From: an uncultured Candidatus Saccharibacteria bacterium
GTDB taxonomy: Bacteria > Patescibacteriota > Minisyncoccia > Phycocordibacterales > UBA9973
Reading direction: 5' to 3'
DNA: 60,690 bases
Assembly (NCBI GenBank): GCA_964624665.1
Contig: CAZUZG010000002.1
Location: forward strand, 1-60,690
Made by a program: the position numbers and the translations under genes. This document shows positions 19,104 through 28,291 of this stretch, piece after piece. The stretch's first letter is position 1. Every line of letters starts with the position of its first letter. The notes under the pieces were generated by a model. The model had not been told where the DNA came from. It did not search any database and saw only the letters and a program-made list of their open reading frames with translations.

Positions 19104-22100
19104 TTAATTATTTTTTTTATCTTTATCTTCTTTGGGTTTGTCCTCTTTTGGCTTATCTTCCTCCGGTTTTTCATTTTTAGGTTTTTCTTCCTCAAAAAGT
19201 TTTTTAGCTGCTTCGTACATTTTATCTTTTTCAGATTTGCTCTTGCTCAAACCCCTGATCTTGTTGGCAGATTCAAGATCGGTCGGTTTATAACTGAAGA
19301 ATGTGCCCTTTTCTATCCTTTCAGCGTAGGCGGTTTGCCTAGTTTTGTTTAGGTCTTTGATTCTTTTATCTTCTTCATCAACGGTTTTGCTGAAATCAAA
19401 AATCTTTTCTTCATCTTTGTTGAATGTTTGTTTTTCTATTTTTTCCTTTATTTTTGCAATCTTTTCTTCATTTTTTTCTTCCGCCAAATCAATTTTCAAC
19501 TGTTTTAATTCTTTCTTTCTTTTCTTTATATCAGCAAGCTGCTCATCATTTGTCATCTTAGCTAGATCGAGCTTGAGTTGATTTAAGGTTTCGAGTTCTT
19601 TACCAGAAGCCACAAGTGATTTGGCAAACTCTTCTTCATTTTTGAGAATTTCTTTTTGCTTGGCTTCGTAGCCGCCCTTGCCGGAAGCTTTGCCCAAATC
19701 CCAGCTGGCTTTTTTCATCATATAGTTGAACCACTTGCTGTCTCTAAGGTCAAAGCTTGAGCTGCCGAGATATTTGGCAATATCAAGCCCTTTCTTGCCC
19801 AAGGTGTTTTTAACATCCTCGACTGATCTGATGCCAAAGACTGTTTTAGGCGCGGCGGCGGCCATGTCTTTCAGACTTCTTGTTTCAGAGGCTTTTTTCT
19901 CTTCAGCCTTCGCTTTTTCTTCTTCTCTGGTTTTTTCGATCGCGCTTTTGGCGGCAATGTCGCCAGCTAAGGTTTGATCTGCGGTTTTTGTTTCTTCGGG
20001 TTTCTTTTCTCCTGTCAGAGCTTCAGTTTGTTTTTGTGTTGGTTGTGTTTCCACTTTGATTGTTTGTTGTTTAGGCTGTATTGGAGCGGTTGTATATATT
20101 TTTGATTCGGGCGAAGTAAATGTTTCTGTTTCTGGCGATTGAGCTGGAGCTTGCCTTATTGCCCCAGTTGGGGCAGTTGGGAAGATTGGAGCCGGGCCGG
20201 CAGGGATCGGCGCATTCCTGCCGGCGATTTGGATGCCTGATCTTTCGGCTCTGGCTTTTAATTCTTCCTCTTCTTTTCTTCTCCTTCTTTCTTCTTGCAT
20301 TCTTAAGATCGTGCCTGCTGTATTGCGAACACTTGGAACGGTGTCGACTCCGGGTCTTTGAAATAGGACAGCTGGACCAAGGTCTTCTCTTTCCGGTCTT
20401 TCTAAAGTTAGCGGTCCAGCAATGGGTCTTCTGGGGATAGGCTTAAATGGTACCCGGCCCGGAGTTACTGGCGATAGTGGCTGTATCGGCGGACGAGTTA
20501 TTCCCTCGTCCCCCCCGGTGCCAGTCGGTCCGCCTTCTCCGCCTCTGCTGGTTGCCAATGAGGCCCCAAGCCTGCCTAAGGTTGATCGGCCAACTAAAGC
20601 TGCTCCGCCAATAGCCGCTCCGCCGACAAAACCGGCGACAGCTCCGGCATATTGATTGATAGTATTGCCGATTTTTCCAGCATAGGTTTGAGCGATGCTC
20701 TTTGCTTCAATGAGCATAAACATTATCAGGGCAAATGGCAGAATGACATTCACGAAATTACCGAAAGTATTGCCTTCCAATTTTAATTTGTCGCCTATGC
20801 CGGTGAGCAGGCCGGTATCCAGGAATTTAATAATCAGCCAAAGCAGAAATATGAAAATCGGCGCCAGGGCGGTCAGGCTGGTTAAATTGCCCCACCAATT
20901 GCTCCAGCCCCAGTCTTTCAGAGCTTTATCGCCGTCGGGCAGGGCCCTGGATATGAATGCAAAAGGCGAAAAAATCATTGCCAGCATCAGGCCGACCACT
21001 CGGCCGACGAAAAGAAAAGCAACGGAGCAAAAAACATAGATCATGACCAAGTTTATGATCGTTGCTAAAATAATCACGACCAGATAGGGCGTTTTGATAG
21101 AATCCTCATTTACATTTTCATTTGTTACTCCGGCGGAGGCAATAATATTTTGCGGATTAAATTTGGCGACCAAGGCTGATGAAACTTGCGTTTCTCCTTT
21201 TTCGCTTTCGACAACGCCGCCATTTTGATTAAGTATTGTTACGCCAATATCATTATATAAAACTCCGGCCAAAATGTTGCCGGCGTCGACTATGGCTTTT
21301 GTAAAGAATAGGCTGAAATTGATCAACAGCGCTATAATTATCACGTTTTTGATCAACTTGTCGCTGCCACCCAGATCAAGGATAGTTTTGATTGCCGCAA
21401 AAATTAAGACAAAAATAAAGGCGATATTGGAAAGATCCCTGACGACTCCCCAGCCCTGAGTTACAAAAGTCGATCCGCTATAAGATGAGCTTTGAATAGA
21501 ATAGAAAACAAAGAAATCCAAGAATTTTGCCGCCAGTCCGGCTAGCCAGCTCGTCGGCACCCAGAAGAGATAGTAGACGACTTGAATGACACAGCCGTAG
21601 ATTGATGAACCGCTTGAAATTAAGCCACAGCTTGGAAGTATGTCTTCGTTTGCTTTATTTTGCTCCGGGGCATTCTGAAGCTGGTCTATTATCCCGCCAC
21701 CTACGCCAGTAGCAGTTGGTATTATGGCAGTGTCGCTGTTTTGAAAATTAGCGTTGACCGAATTAGGATCGCCAAATTTAAATGAAATAACATTTGAATA
21801 TGTAGTCACGAGTGACGCATCGGTATATTGAGCCCTGGCATAATAGAGTTTGTTGGCGGTAAGCTGTTTGCTTAAAACAACCCCCAGAGTTTGTTGGCCA
21901 GCTGTTTGTTGTAATTGTATCGGAGTGACGGTTGTGTACGGTGAGCCGAAATTATTATTGCTCGGATTATATGAATCATAAACAGCAAGCCCAAAATTAC
22001 CATTAGTTATTTCGGCAACATTGGCATTAACTATCATGCCAAAAGATGCGTAATTACTGACCACATTTGACGCGGTAATCCTTAAAGCAACAGCTGCTTC

Positions 22101-22187
22101 CGCTTTTTTTGTACCACCAAAACCGATCGGCAAAAAAGCCGACAAGACAATAACTGCCAATAAAATATAAGGTAGAATCTTCCTCAT
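19104..22187 (-). CDS. giant VirB6/TrbL-like polytopic membrane protein with FN3-like head and low-complexity tail
   Basis: Signal peptide at MRKILPYILLAVIVL and an FN3-like module (...KLYYARAQY). A long multi-TM block spans about aa 210-560. It is followed by a G/P-rich linker and a K/E-rich coiled-coil tail ending KPKEDKPKEDKDKKNN. The longer ORF start would run through a terminator hairpin. Confidence 0.65.
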   Translation of the reverse strand: MRKILPYILLAVIVLSAFLPIGFGGTKKAEAAVALRITASNVVSNYASFGMIVNANVAEITNGNFGLAVYDSYNPSNNNFGSPYTTVTPIQLQQTAGQQTLGVVLSKQLTANKLYYARAQYTDASLVTTYSNVISFKFGDPNSVNANFQNSDTAIIPTATGVGGGIIDQLQNAPEQNKANEDILPSCGLISSGSSIYGCVIQVVYYLFWVPTSWLAGLAAKFLDFFVFYSIQSSSYSGSTFVTQGWGVVRDLSNIAFIFVLIFAAIKTILDLGGSDKLIKNVIIIALLINFSLFFTKAIVDAGNILAGVLYNDIGVTILNQNGGVVESEKGETQVSSALVAKFNPQNIIASAGVTNENVNEDSIKTPYLVVIILATIINLVMIYVFCSVAFLFVGRVVGLMLAMIFSPFAFISRALPDGDKALKDWGWSNWWGNLTSLTALAPIFIFLLWLIIKFLDTGLLTGIGDKLKLEGNTFGNFVNVILPFALIMFMLIEAKSIAQTYAGKIGNTINQYAGAVAGFVGGAAIGGAALVGRSTLGRLGASLATSRGGEGGPTGTGGDEGITRPPIQPLSPVTPGRVPFKPIPRRPIAGPLTLERPEREDLGPAVLFQRPGVDTVPSVRNTAGTILRMQEERRRRKEEEELKARAERSGIQIAGRNAPIPAGPAPIFPTAPTGAIRQAPAQSPETETFTSPESKIYTTAPIQPKQQTIKVETQPTQKQTEALTGEKKPEETKTADQTLAGDIAAKSAIEKTREEEKAKAEEKKASETRSLKDMAAAAPKTVFGIRSVEDVKNTLGKKGLDIAKYLGSSSFDLRDSKWFNYMMKKASWDLGKASGKGGYEAKQKEILKNEEEFAKSLVASGKELETLNQLKLDLAKMTNDEQLADIKKRKKELKQLKIDLAEEKNEEKIAKIKEKIEKQTFNKDEEKIFDFSKTVDEEDKRIKDLNKTRQTAYAERIEKGTFFSYKPTDLESANKIRGLSKSKSEKDKMYEAAKKLFEEEKPKNEKPEEDKPKEDKPKEDKDKKNN

Positions 22188-22250
22188 TGTATTTCTAAGT
22201 ATAACAAGTAAATTGTGAAAACTTAAGTTAATATTTGCCTTTTTGTGGAC

Positions 22251-22286
22251 AAAAAAATCCCGCAAAATATTTTGCGGGATTTTTTG
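22251..22286. terminator. hairpin terminator inside the T4SS-like cluster
   Basis: aaaaaaatcccgcaaaata/tattttgcgggattttttg is a perfect stem with A/T runs on both sides, located between the FN3 protein gene and the virB6-like gene. Confidence 0.65.
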
Positions 22287-23660
22287 CTATCTGAATCTAT
22301 AATAGTATTCGTAGTCATGTGGCGGAGTTTTTAAGATCGGTTTGATCTGTCGGCTTTCTATCAATACGCCGAGCAAGTATTCATTTACGATAATGCTGCC
22401 GTTTGATTGCATTTTAAGCTCATAAGCTGCAACATCCGGATAAGAAACGCGGACTTCTTTGCCCATATTGTCGACATAGCCCAAGATTCCAGCCAAGAAA
22501 TGGGCCGTGTCGGCAGAAAATAGATTCATGTCCATGCCGGTTTGATAGCCGTACAATCTAGCTAGGCTTGGAATGCCGATGATCTGTCTTTGAAAAACAT
22601 GTTCGACGCCTTCATGGTAGCGGACGACAATGTCGATACCATTATTGGTAACATTGACCGAACCATTCGGCCCATTTGAAATGATCAAGCCGGTTTCCGG
22701 GCCGTATGTGCCGCCCACTGTTCCCGGTCCGGTAATGCCGGATCCTGTGGGTGAAACAATTCCGCCACCCGTATTTGTAGTTGTGCCTCCTCCGGTGGTA
22801 TCGATTGGTCCTGTACCCGGAGAATTGGTCGGCGGGCAAGGATTGCTAGGGGTTGGCGGTATAACCGGTCCGCCATAGCCTGGATCATAGGTGATCGGCG
22901 TGCCGGGCGGACAGTCAGCGCTCGAAGTTTGGCCCAAAGTCGTGAAGCTAAAAATCGATCCTCTAAGCTTCTGGCTGCCCAATTTAGCCCAGGCTCTGTA
23001 GTAGTAAGTTTTGCCAGGCGTTAGATTGGTGATTTTTTTTGCAACCTCATCGTATTTATTGGCCTGCATTTGAATATTGACTGTCAGTGTTCCGACACCC
23101 TGGACCACTTTTGTGTAATCATCGCTATATTCAAAATAAATGGCTCCGCCGGAGCTGGTTGCATTATTGTATGCGGCTTTCAGATTGGCCCATGTATTGT
23201 TCACATTAAAGGCATATTCTGTCGCGATTGTTGTTTGGCCGCAAGTTTGGCAAGGCTTGGTCACAAAACTGCCGACTGTATTATTCAAGTAGGTTATCAA
23301 TTTTTTGTCCGATACGATTGCGCAGTAGTAATATTTTGTATCTGGTTCGAGGCCGGCGATGTCTTGGCTAAAGGCATGAGTGCTGCCATTGCCTGTGCCG
23401 AGAACAATGTCCTTGGTCGATATCATGTTTGAGCCGTAAATATCCTTGCAGAAAACCGGCGCCGGATATTGCTTGGCATATCGGAAATAAGCGATATTTT
23501 TCAGGCCTTCATTGCCCAGGACTGCCACGCCGGAGAGTGTTGCGCTGTTCTCGGTAATATTGCTTGCCGGATAAAGGCTGACAGATGAAGGCGAGGCGAA
23601 ACCCGCGATCGGCAGTGTGGCTGAAATTAAAATAAAAATTTTTAAGATATTTTTTTGCAT
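22287..23660 (-). CDS. secreted protein with two FN3-like modules, P/G/T-rich linker and C-terminal domain
   Basis: Signal peptide MQKNILKIFILISATLPIAGFA. The modules end DTKYYYCAIV and TPGKTYYYRAWA, and the linker is PPTPSNPCPPTNSPGTGPIDTTGGGTTTNTGGG. Confidence 0.65.
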   Translation of the reverse strand: MQKNILKIFILISATLPIAGFASPSSVSLYPASNITENSATLSGVAVLGNEGLKNIAYFRYAKQYPAPVFCKDIYGSNMISTKDIVLGTGNGSTHAFSQDIAGLEPDTKYYYCAIVSDKKLITYLNNTVGSFVTKPCQTCGQTTIATEYAFNVNNTWANLKAAYNNATSSGGAIYFEYSDDYTKVVQGVGTLTVNIQMQANKYDEVAKKITNLTPGKTYYYRAWAKLGSQKLRGSIFSFTTLGQTSSADCPPGTPITYDPGYGGPVIPPTPSNPCPPTNSPGTGPIDTTGGGTTTNTGGGIVSPTGSGITGPGTVGGTYGPETGLIISNGPNGSVNVTNNGIDIVVRYHEGVEHVFQRQIIGIPSLARLYGYQTGMDMNLFSADTAHFLAGILGYVDNMGKEVRVSYPDVAAYELKMQSNGSIIVNEYLLGVLIESRQIKPILKTPPHDYEYYYRFR

Positions 23661-23664
23661 ATGT

Positions 23665-26136
23665 TTAATAAATGCCAAGCGCCTTTTCCCAATTATTGCC
23701 GTTGCCTCCACCTCCTGAATCTTTAAGTTTTAATATTGTATTTATCGGAATAGTTTCCAGAGCCCAAGTGCTGTTCCGCCATGCAATAAAATCCAAAAAT
23801 CCAGTATTGGTTCCGCCGGGCGCTTTGGTTTCATCGCTGCCAGTATATCCGGGAACATAACCAACTCTATTTGGGTAGCTATATAAAATAGGTTTAAGAT
23901 ATTTAGGCCTTATTTGATTATATTGTTGCCAAAGCAGGCTTTGCATCCGGTTTTCCAGGTCTTTTTCGCAGCCATCCGGTCCTTGTAATAAAACATCATA
24001 GATGTAATTTTTCTTGTCTCGGGCCTGCTTGTAGAGATTGTCCATGTTGGCCACATCGTCTCCGGTCGAGAAATTCGCTGATAATCTGGCAAACTGGGTG
24101 ACGATCGGCGAACTAGGATCAAAACTATTATCGTAGTCGGCCGCCGCCGGGTCGAGCGCGTCAATTTTTGATTTCAGTGTTTGCAATCTTTGAATGACGC
24201 TCTTTCTGAAAGCAATATCATCCTTATTGTTTTGGATGATTTTTTCATAACCTGGAATTTTTTTAAATTCCACTGACGCTTCTTCTGCTACTCCGGGCAG
24301 TACTTGAAAATTGTAATATTTATTCATCAATTTGGCGTGTTCATTGAAAACAAAAGTCAGCAGGTCCGCAAAGCTTTGTTTTGAACAAAGGGCGGCATTT
24401 TTATCATCGTTTATGTCAAAGGCGTCAAAGCCAGTCATGCTGTAAAAAATATTTTTATAAAATTTTGAACCCTTTTTAGCTCCATCGTCACCGCAAGCAG
24501 ATTCCGCCTCAGCCACATCATAACCGAAGTTTAGAGCTATACCGATCGCCCCGGTCTTTTCTGATAATTGCATTAAAGAACCCAAAAAAGTATCGCTAAA
24601 GCCCGTGAAACTTGCCGGAAATGTTTGGATTATCAAATCCAAATTTCTTCTGGCGTCATTTTCCCAGCCAGGGTGCGGACCCGGGATGCAGTAATCCAGC
24701 TGATAGATATTTTTTATCAGATTTTCCAGCTCAGAATTGTATTGATCTATTTTATCTAAATAAGTTCTTTGTTCATCGATGAAGGCTTGAGTCAGATCGG
24801 TTTTTAAATTGAAATCCATATGGGAAGCAAGCCAAGAGCTTGGATTTGAAAAGCTTTGGAACTGCACGCTTTGTGTCGGTCCAAAAATCGAAGGATCGTT
24901 CAGGTCGGTGATTTGGGTATTGTCGGGGCCGCTCAGCCCCTTCAGTCCTTTTGTTGTTAAATCGGAAATAAATTTATTTAAAGCCGCATCGCCGATCGCC
25001 GCCAAGGCCGAATTGATATCGTCAGCCACCTCCAAGCTTCTTTCGGAAGAATTAGCAGAATAGGTTAATTTGTCGGCGATCAGTTTGCCCGGGGTGACAT
25101 ATTCCCATCTATTGCAAAGCCGAGCGCCAGGTTCGCCGCGAAGTGCCGCGCTGTTTTCAGCGTGAGTGACTCCTTCCGGATCGGCGCAGCGTTCGTCGCC
25201 TAAGAAGCCGCCGGCATCGCGGATAGAGTCTTTAATCTGGGTCGCCCTAGAATCAAATGTGCCTTGCAGATTAACCGATAAGGCATTGGAAGCCATCAAG
25301 CTGAAGCCGATCGGATTGTTTTGCGGATATTGAGTCATGCCGAGCCAGGCATTCCAGCCGCCGATATTGAAATTGGTATAAAAATCGGCCGAGACCGATC
25401 CAGGGTTAGTCCTTTGAATGAAATTATTTAAAGAATATTGGGCGTTGGTTGCAAATTTATTTCTAAAACCGCCGATGAAGTTTTGCATGAAATTCTTGCC
25501 GAATGGAAATAAATTCGGATCATTGATGCTATTGCCGAAAGCCAAGATCTCGTCTTGAGCGATATTCTTAAAGAAAGAGCCGGGATCTTCCAAAAAGAAA
25601 GGCTTGCCTTCGTAGCCGGTATTGATCCAATCTATGATTCCCATGGTAATTTTTTGAATGAAGTTTTTGATGATGATTTTTGCGAGGCTGTCCAAGCAGC
25701 CGCCTTTTTTGCTGAGATAGCCTGTTGCTTTTTTTACATCAGTAGTTTTTTCATTGATAGCATCAATTTTTCTATTAAGAGATGTGCTGTATACAGGCAC
25801 AGAGAGTTCATTGCTTGTTTCATCAAGCGCTATGCCATCAAGATTGCCATTTCCTCCAGTATTTCCGGAACCTGTTTCAGTTCCAAAGAGTTCTTTAATT
25901 CCATCGCCGAGCAGCTTGCCACAGCTTTTTGTTTTCCAGTCTTCGGCGGCCGAATTAGATGTGTTTATCGTATCAGATGATGGAATATCTATCGATTCAG
26001 CTGTCGCGCCAAAGCTTGTAGTGTCGGCGATGTTTTCAGCATTTGCTTTACGAACTGGCCAAAGCAAAAAAGACGGAGCGATCAAACCCAGGATTAAAAT
26101 AGGCAAAATCAGATTTTGGGAATTTTTTCTATTCAT
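23665..26136 (-). CDS. large secreted hypothetical protein (about 823 aa)
   Basis: ATG at 26136 (MNRKNSQNLILPILILGLIAPSFLLWPVRKANA signal peptide). No recognised domain. Confidence 0.65.
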   Translation of the reverse strand: MNRKNSQNLILPILILGLIAPSFLLWPVRKANAENIADTTSFGATAESIDIPSSDTINTSNSAAEDWKTKSCGKLLGDGIKELFGTETGSGNTGGNGNLDGIALDETSNELSVPVYSTSLNRKIDAINEKTTDVKKATGYLSKKGGCLDSLAKIIIKNFIQKITMGIIDWINTGYEGKPFFLEDPGSFFKNIAQDEILAFGNSINDPNLFPFGKNFMQNFIGGFRNKFATNAQYSLNNFIQRTNPGSVSADFYTNFNIGGWNAWLGMTQYPQNNPIGFSLMASNALSVNLQGTFDSRATQIKDSIRDAGGFLGDERCADPEGVTHAENSAALRGEPGARLCNRWEYVTPGKLIADKLTYSANSSERSLEVADDINSALAAIGDAALNKFISDLTTKGLKGLSGPDNTQITDLNDPSIFGPTQSVQFQSFSNPSSWLASHMDFNLKTDLTQAFIDEQRTYLDKIDQYNSELENLIKNIYQLDYCIPGPHPGWENDARRNLDLIIQTFPASFTGFSDTFLGSLMQLSEKTGAIGIALNFGYDVAEAESACGDDGAKKGSKFYKNIFYSMTGFDAFDINDDKNAALCSKQSFADLLTFVFNEHAKLMNKYYNFQVLPGVAEEASVEFKKIPGYEKIIQNNKDDIAFRKSVIQRLQTLKSKIDALDPAAADYDNSFDPSSPIVTQFARLSANFSTGDDVANMDNLYKQARDKKNYIYDVLLQGPDGCEKDLENRMQSLLWQQYNQIRPKYLKPILYSYPNRVGYVPGYTGSDETKAPGGTNTGFLDFIAWRNSTWALETIPINTILKLKDSGGGGNGNNWEKALGIY

Positions 26137-26169
26137 TCGAAGCAAACTGACGACAAAATAATCAAAAAA

Positions 26170-27081
26170 TTACCTTTCTATTATACCATTATTGATCAAA
26201 TATGTCCTTAATTCTTCGGAAGCATTGATGAATTCTTCGCTGTATCTTTGATATTGGGAAAAGCCGACGAGAACAGTCAGCGGATCATCGGTGATTTTTG
26301 AGAATTTGACGATCGATTCACCTGTATTATAAGCGCTATTTGCTATATCCAAGTGTTTTTGAATCAGATTTTCCGGCACTTTTAATCCCTGGACCTCTTT
26401 TGAAAAATCTTTATAGGCTTCAGATATTTTTATAAGCTTTTCCGGATCTGTTTCGCCGCTGATCGGGTCGACAAAGCTTAATTCATCGCCAAGACCCTGT
26501 TCTTTGTATTTTATAAACGCTTTTTTGGCTTCGTTGTAATATTTTGCTTGCGTTTCTCTGTCTGAGCTATCCGCTTTATTAATCTCTTCTAAAACATAAA
26601 TGTCTCCAAGCGTTACGCTGGTAATTTTTTCTCCAAGCAGACTTGAAACATTGCTGATCGCGTCTTTGTTTAAATTGCCGGATTGCTTTAGGGCATTGAT
26701 GGTTGTAAATAATTCGCGGGAGAATTTTTCGGTTTCATTCAATTCTTCATCTGACTTGATTGCTGTATCAGCATTTTCGATCTTCAGCTCTTCTTTTTTT
26801 TGCTTGACCCAGTCGGCATCAGATACGCCTTCATGAGTGTATCTATTTTTGGGATCCAGGCCCCACAAAGATTCTTCCCAGTCGGCAATGCCGTCATTGT
26901 CGGTATCTTTTTCCGACAACTCTTTAATGCTCATGTTTTGGGCTAAAATTTCGGCCGATCTTTTGCTTGATGATTCTTTATTTTTTTTAATGAAATAGCT
27001 GGCAAGCAAAACAACGATAAAAACGCCGATGGCGCTTCCGGCAATAATCATGAATTTTTTGCTTGGCAGATAATTTTTCAT
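26170..27081 (-). CDS. membrane-anchored protein with thrombospondin type-3-like Ca-binding motif
   Basis: TM segment FMIIAGSAIGVFIVVLLASYFI. The motif DTDNDGIADWEESLWGLDP matches the D.D.DG..D TSP3 pattern. Confidence 0.6.
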   Translation of the reverse strand: MKNYLPSKKFMIIAGSAIGVFIVVLLASYFIKKNKESSSKRSAEILAQNMSIKELSEKDTDNDGIADWEESLWGLDPKNRYTHEGVSDADWVKQKKEELKIENADTAIKSDEELNETEKFSRELFTTINALKQSGNLNKDAISNVSSLLGEKITSVTLGDIYVLEEINKADSSDRETQAKYYNEAKKAFIKYKEQGLGDELSFVDPISGETDPEKLIKISEAYKDFSKEVQGLKVPENLIQKHLDIANSAYNTGESIVKFSKITDDPLTVLVGFSQYQRYSEEFINASEELRTYLINNGIIER

Positions 27082-27486
27082 TTATTTAGAAGTTCCATAC
27101 ATGGTTATAGGAGTAAGTTCGACTATTTCTGTCGCCCCTGTTGCCACTTCTGTGCAAGTTATAATTGCTGGCGTCGGATTATAAGTGCCGAGGATCCATT
27201 GGCCGACCCTTGCCGCATTTTTTGTTTTGGAAATAATGCCCGTCGGGATCAAGTAACTGGTCGGCGCTTTATTGATTGGCCTGATGGTAATAGATGTTCC
27301 AGGCACAAGACATTCAAAGCTGGCTGCTTCCAGCGCTTCTATCTCGACTGCTTTGGTGTTCAAAACTTTTCCGCCGAAGGGCATTTTTGCCGCCCGAGTT
27401 AAGTTTTGAGCCCTGGCAATACTTAGAGAACCCATGGAAAAAATAAAAAAACCAAAAATAATTAGAAAAATAAAACCTCTTTTCAT
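27082..27486 (-). CDS. small secreted protein (134 aa), first gene of the T4SS-like cluster
   Basis: Signal peptide FIFLIIFGFFIFSMGSLSIARA. Its start codon lies 7 nt downstream of the rsmA stop. Confidence 0.55.
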   Translation of the reverse strand: MKRGFIFLIIFGFFIFSMGSLSIARAQNLTRAAKMPFGGKVLNTKAVEIEALEAASFECLVPGTSITIRPINKAPTSYLIPTGIISKTKNAARVGQWILGTYNPTPAIITCTEVATGATEIVELTPITMYGTSK

Positions 27487-27493
27487 GCCCGCA

Positions 27494-28291
27494 TTATATC
27501 AATGTTGATCGGCATAAACAAACCCAATCTTCGAGAGATAAATCTTCCGCCCTGGATTTTTGGTCTATTTTGCAATTTAAAAGATGTTCCGCGGTCCGGC
27601 TGCCAAGCAATGATTTCAGATTTGAGGCCAGCATTTTGCGTTTGTGTGAGAAGCCGGCCTTTACGATCTCAAAGAATTTTTCTTCGCTGATTTTATTTTC
27701 CGTGAAAATCTTTCTAGAAATCTCGCCTATTTTCAATATGGCTGAATCGACTTTTGGTTCCGGCGAAAAGTATCTTTTTTGGACAGTGGCGATATATTTC
27801 GGCTTGCCGTAGGCTTTGACCGAGATTGAAAGGATGCTTTCTTTCTTGTCGCGCGCAACGATTCTTTCGACCACTTCTTTTTGCAAAAGCAGGACCATGG
27901 TATCCGGCTGATATTCTGCTTCCAAGAACTTTCTGATGATCGCGCCGGTGATGTAATACGGAATATTAGCGATTATTTTATATGGCATTTCGTAAGATAT
28001 CAAAATATTCGGATCAAATTCCAAAATATCTTTTTCCAATATTTCCAATCTGCCTATGGCGATTTCGGTATTAAATTTTTCTTTCAATATTTCGATCAGT
28101 TCCGGATCTTTTTCGACAGCAATGACTTTGCCGGCAAATTTCAGCAATCGTTCAGTCAGTGCTCCCTTGCCCGGACCGATTTCCAAAATCAAATCTCCGG
28201 CATTTACATCCCCTGCATCGATAATATCGGCAAGCGCTTTTTGCGATTTCAGGAAATTCTGCCCCAGTGATTTTTTTGCTTGATAGTTCAT
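27494..28291 (-). CDS. rsmA: 16S rRNA (adenine1518/1519-N6)-dimethyltransferase
   Basis: KKSLGQNFL and EIGPGKGALT SAM-binding motifs; NIPYYIT motif. Confidence 0.95.
   Translation of the reverse strand: MNYQAKKSLGQNFLKSQKALADIIDAGDVNAGDLILEIGPGKGALTERLLKFAGKVIAVEKDPELIEILKEKFNTEIAIGRLEILEKDILEFDPNILISYEMPYKIIANIPYYITGAIIRKFLEAEYQPDTMVLLLQKEVVERIVARDKKESILSISVKAYGKPKYIATVQKRYFSPEPKVDSAILKIGEISRKIFTENKISEEKFFEIVKAGFSHKRKMLASNLKSLLGSRTAEHLLNCKIDQKSRAEDLSLEDWVCLCRSTLI

Noticed and set aside
10815-27486. Interpretation of the VirB4 cluster as an integrative conjugative element or plasmid remnant
   Set aside because: No relaxase, coupling protein, integrase, flanking repeats or adjacent tRNA. The cluster is contiguous with rsmA/pcrA and abuts jag with overlapping stops, so it looks like core chromosome.
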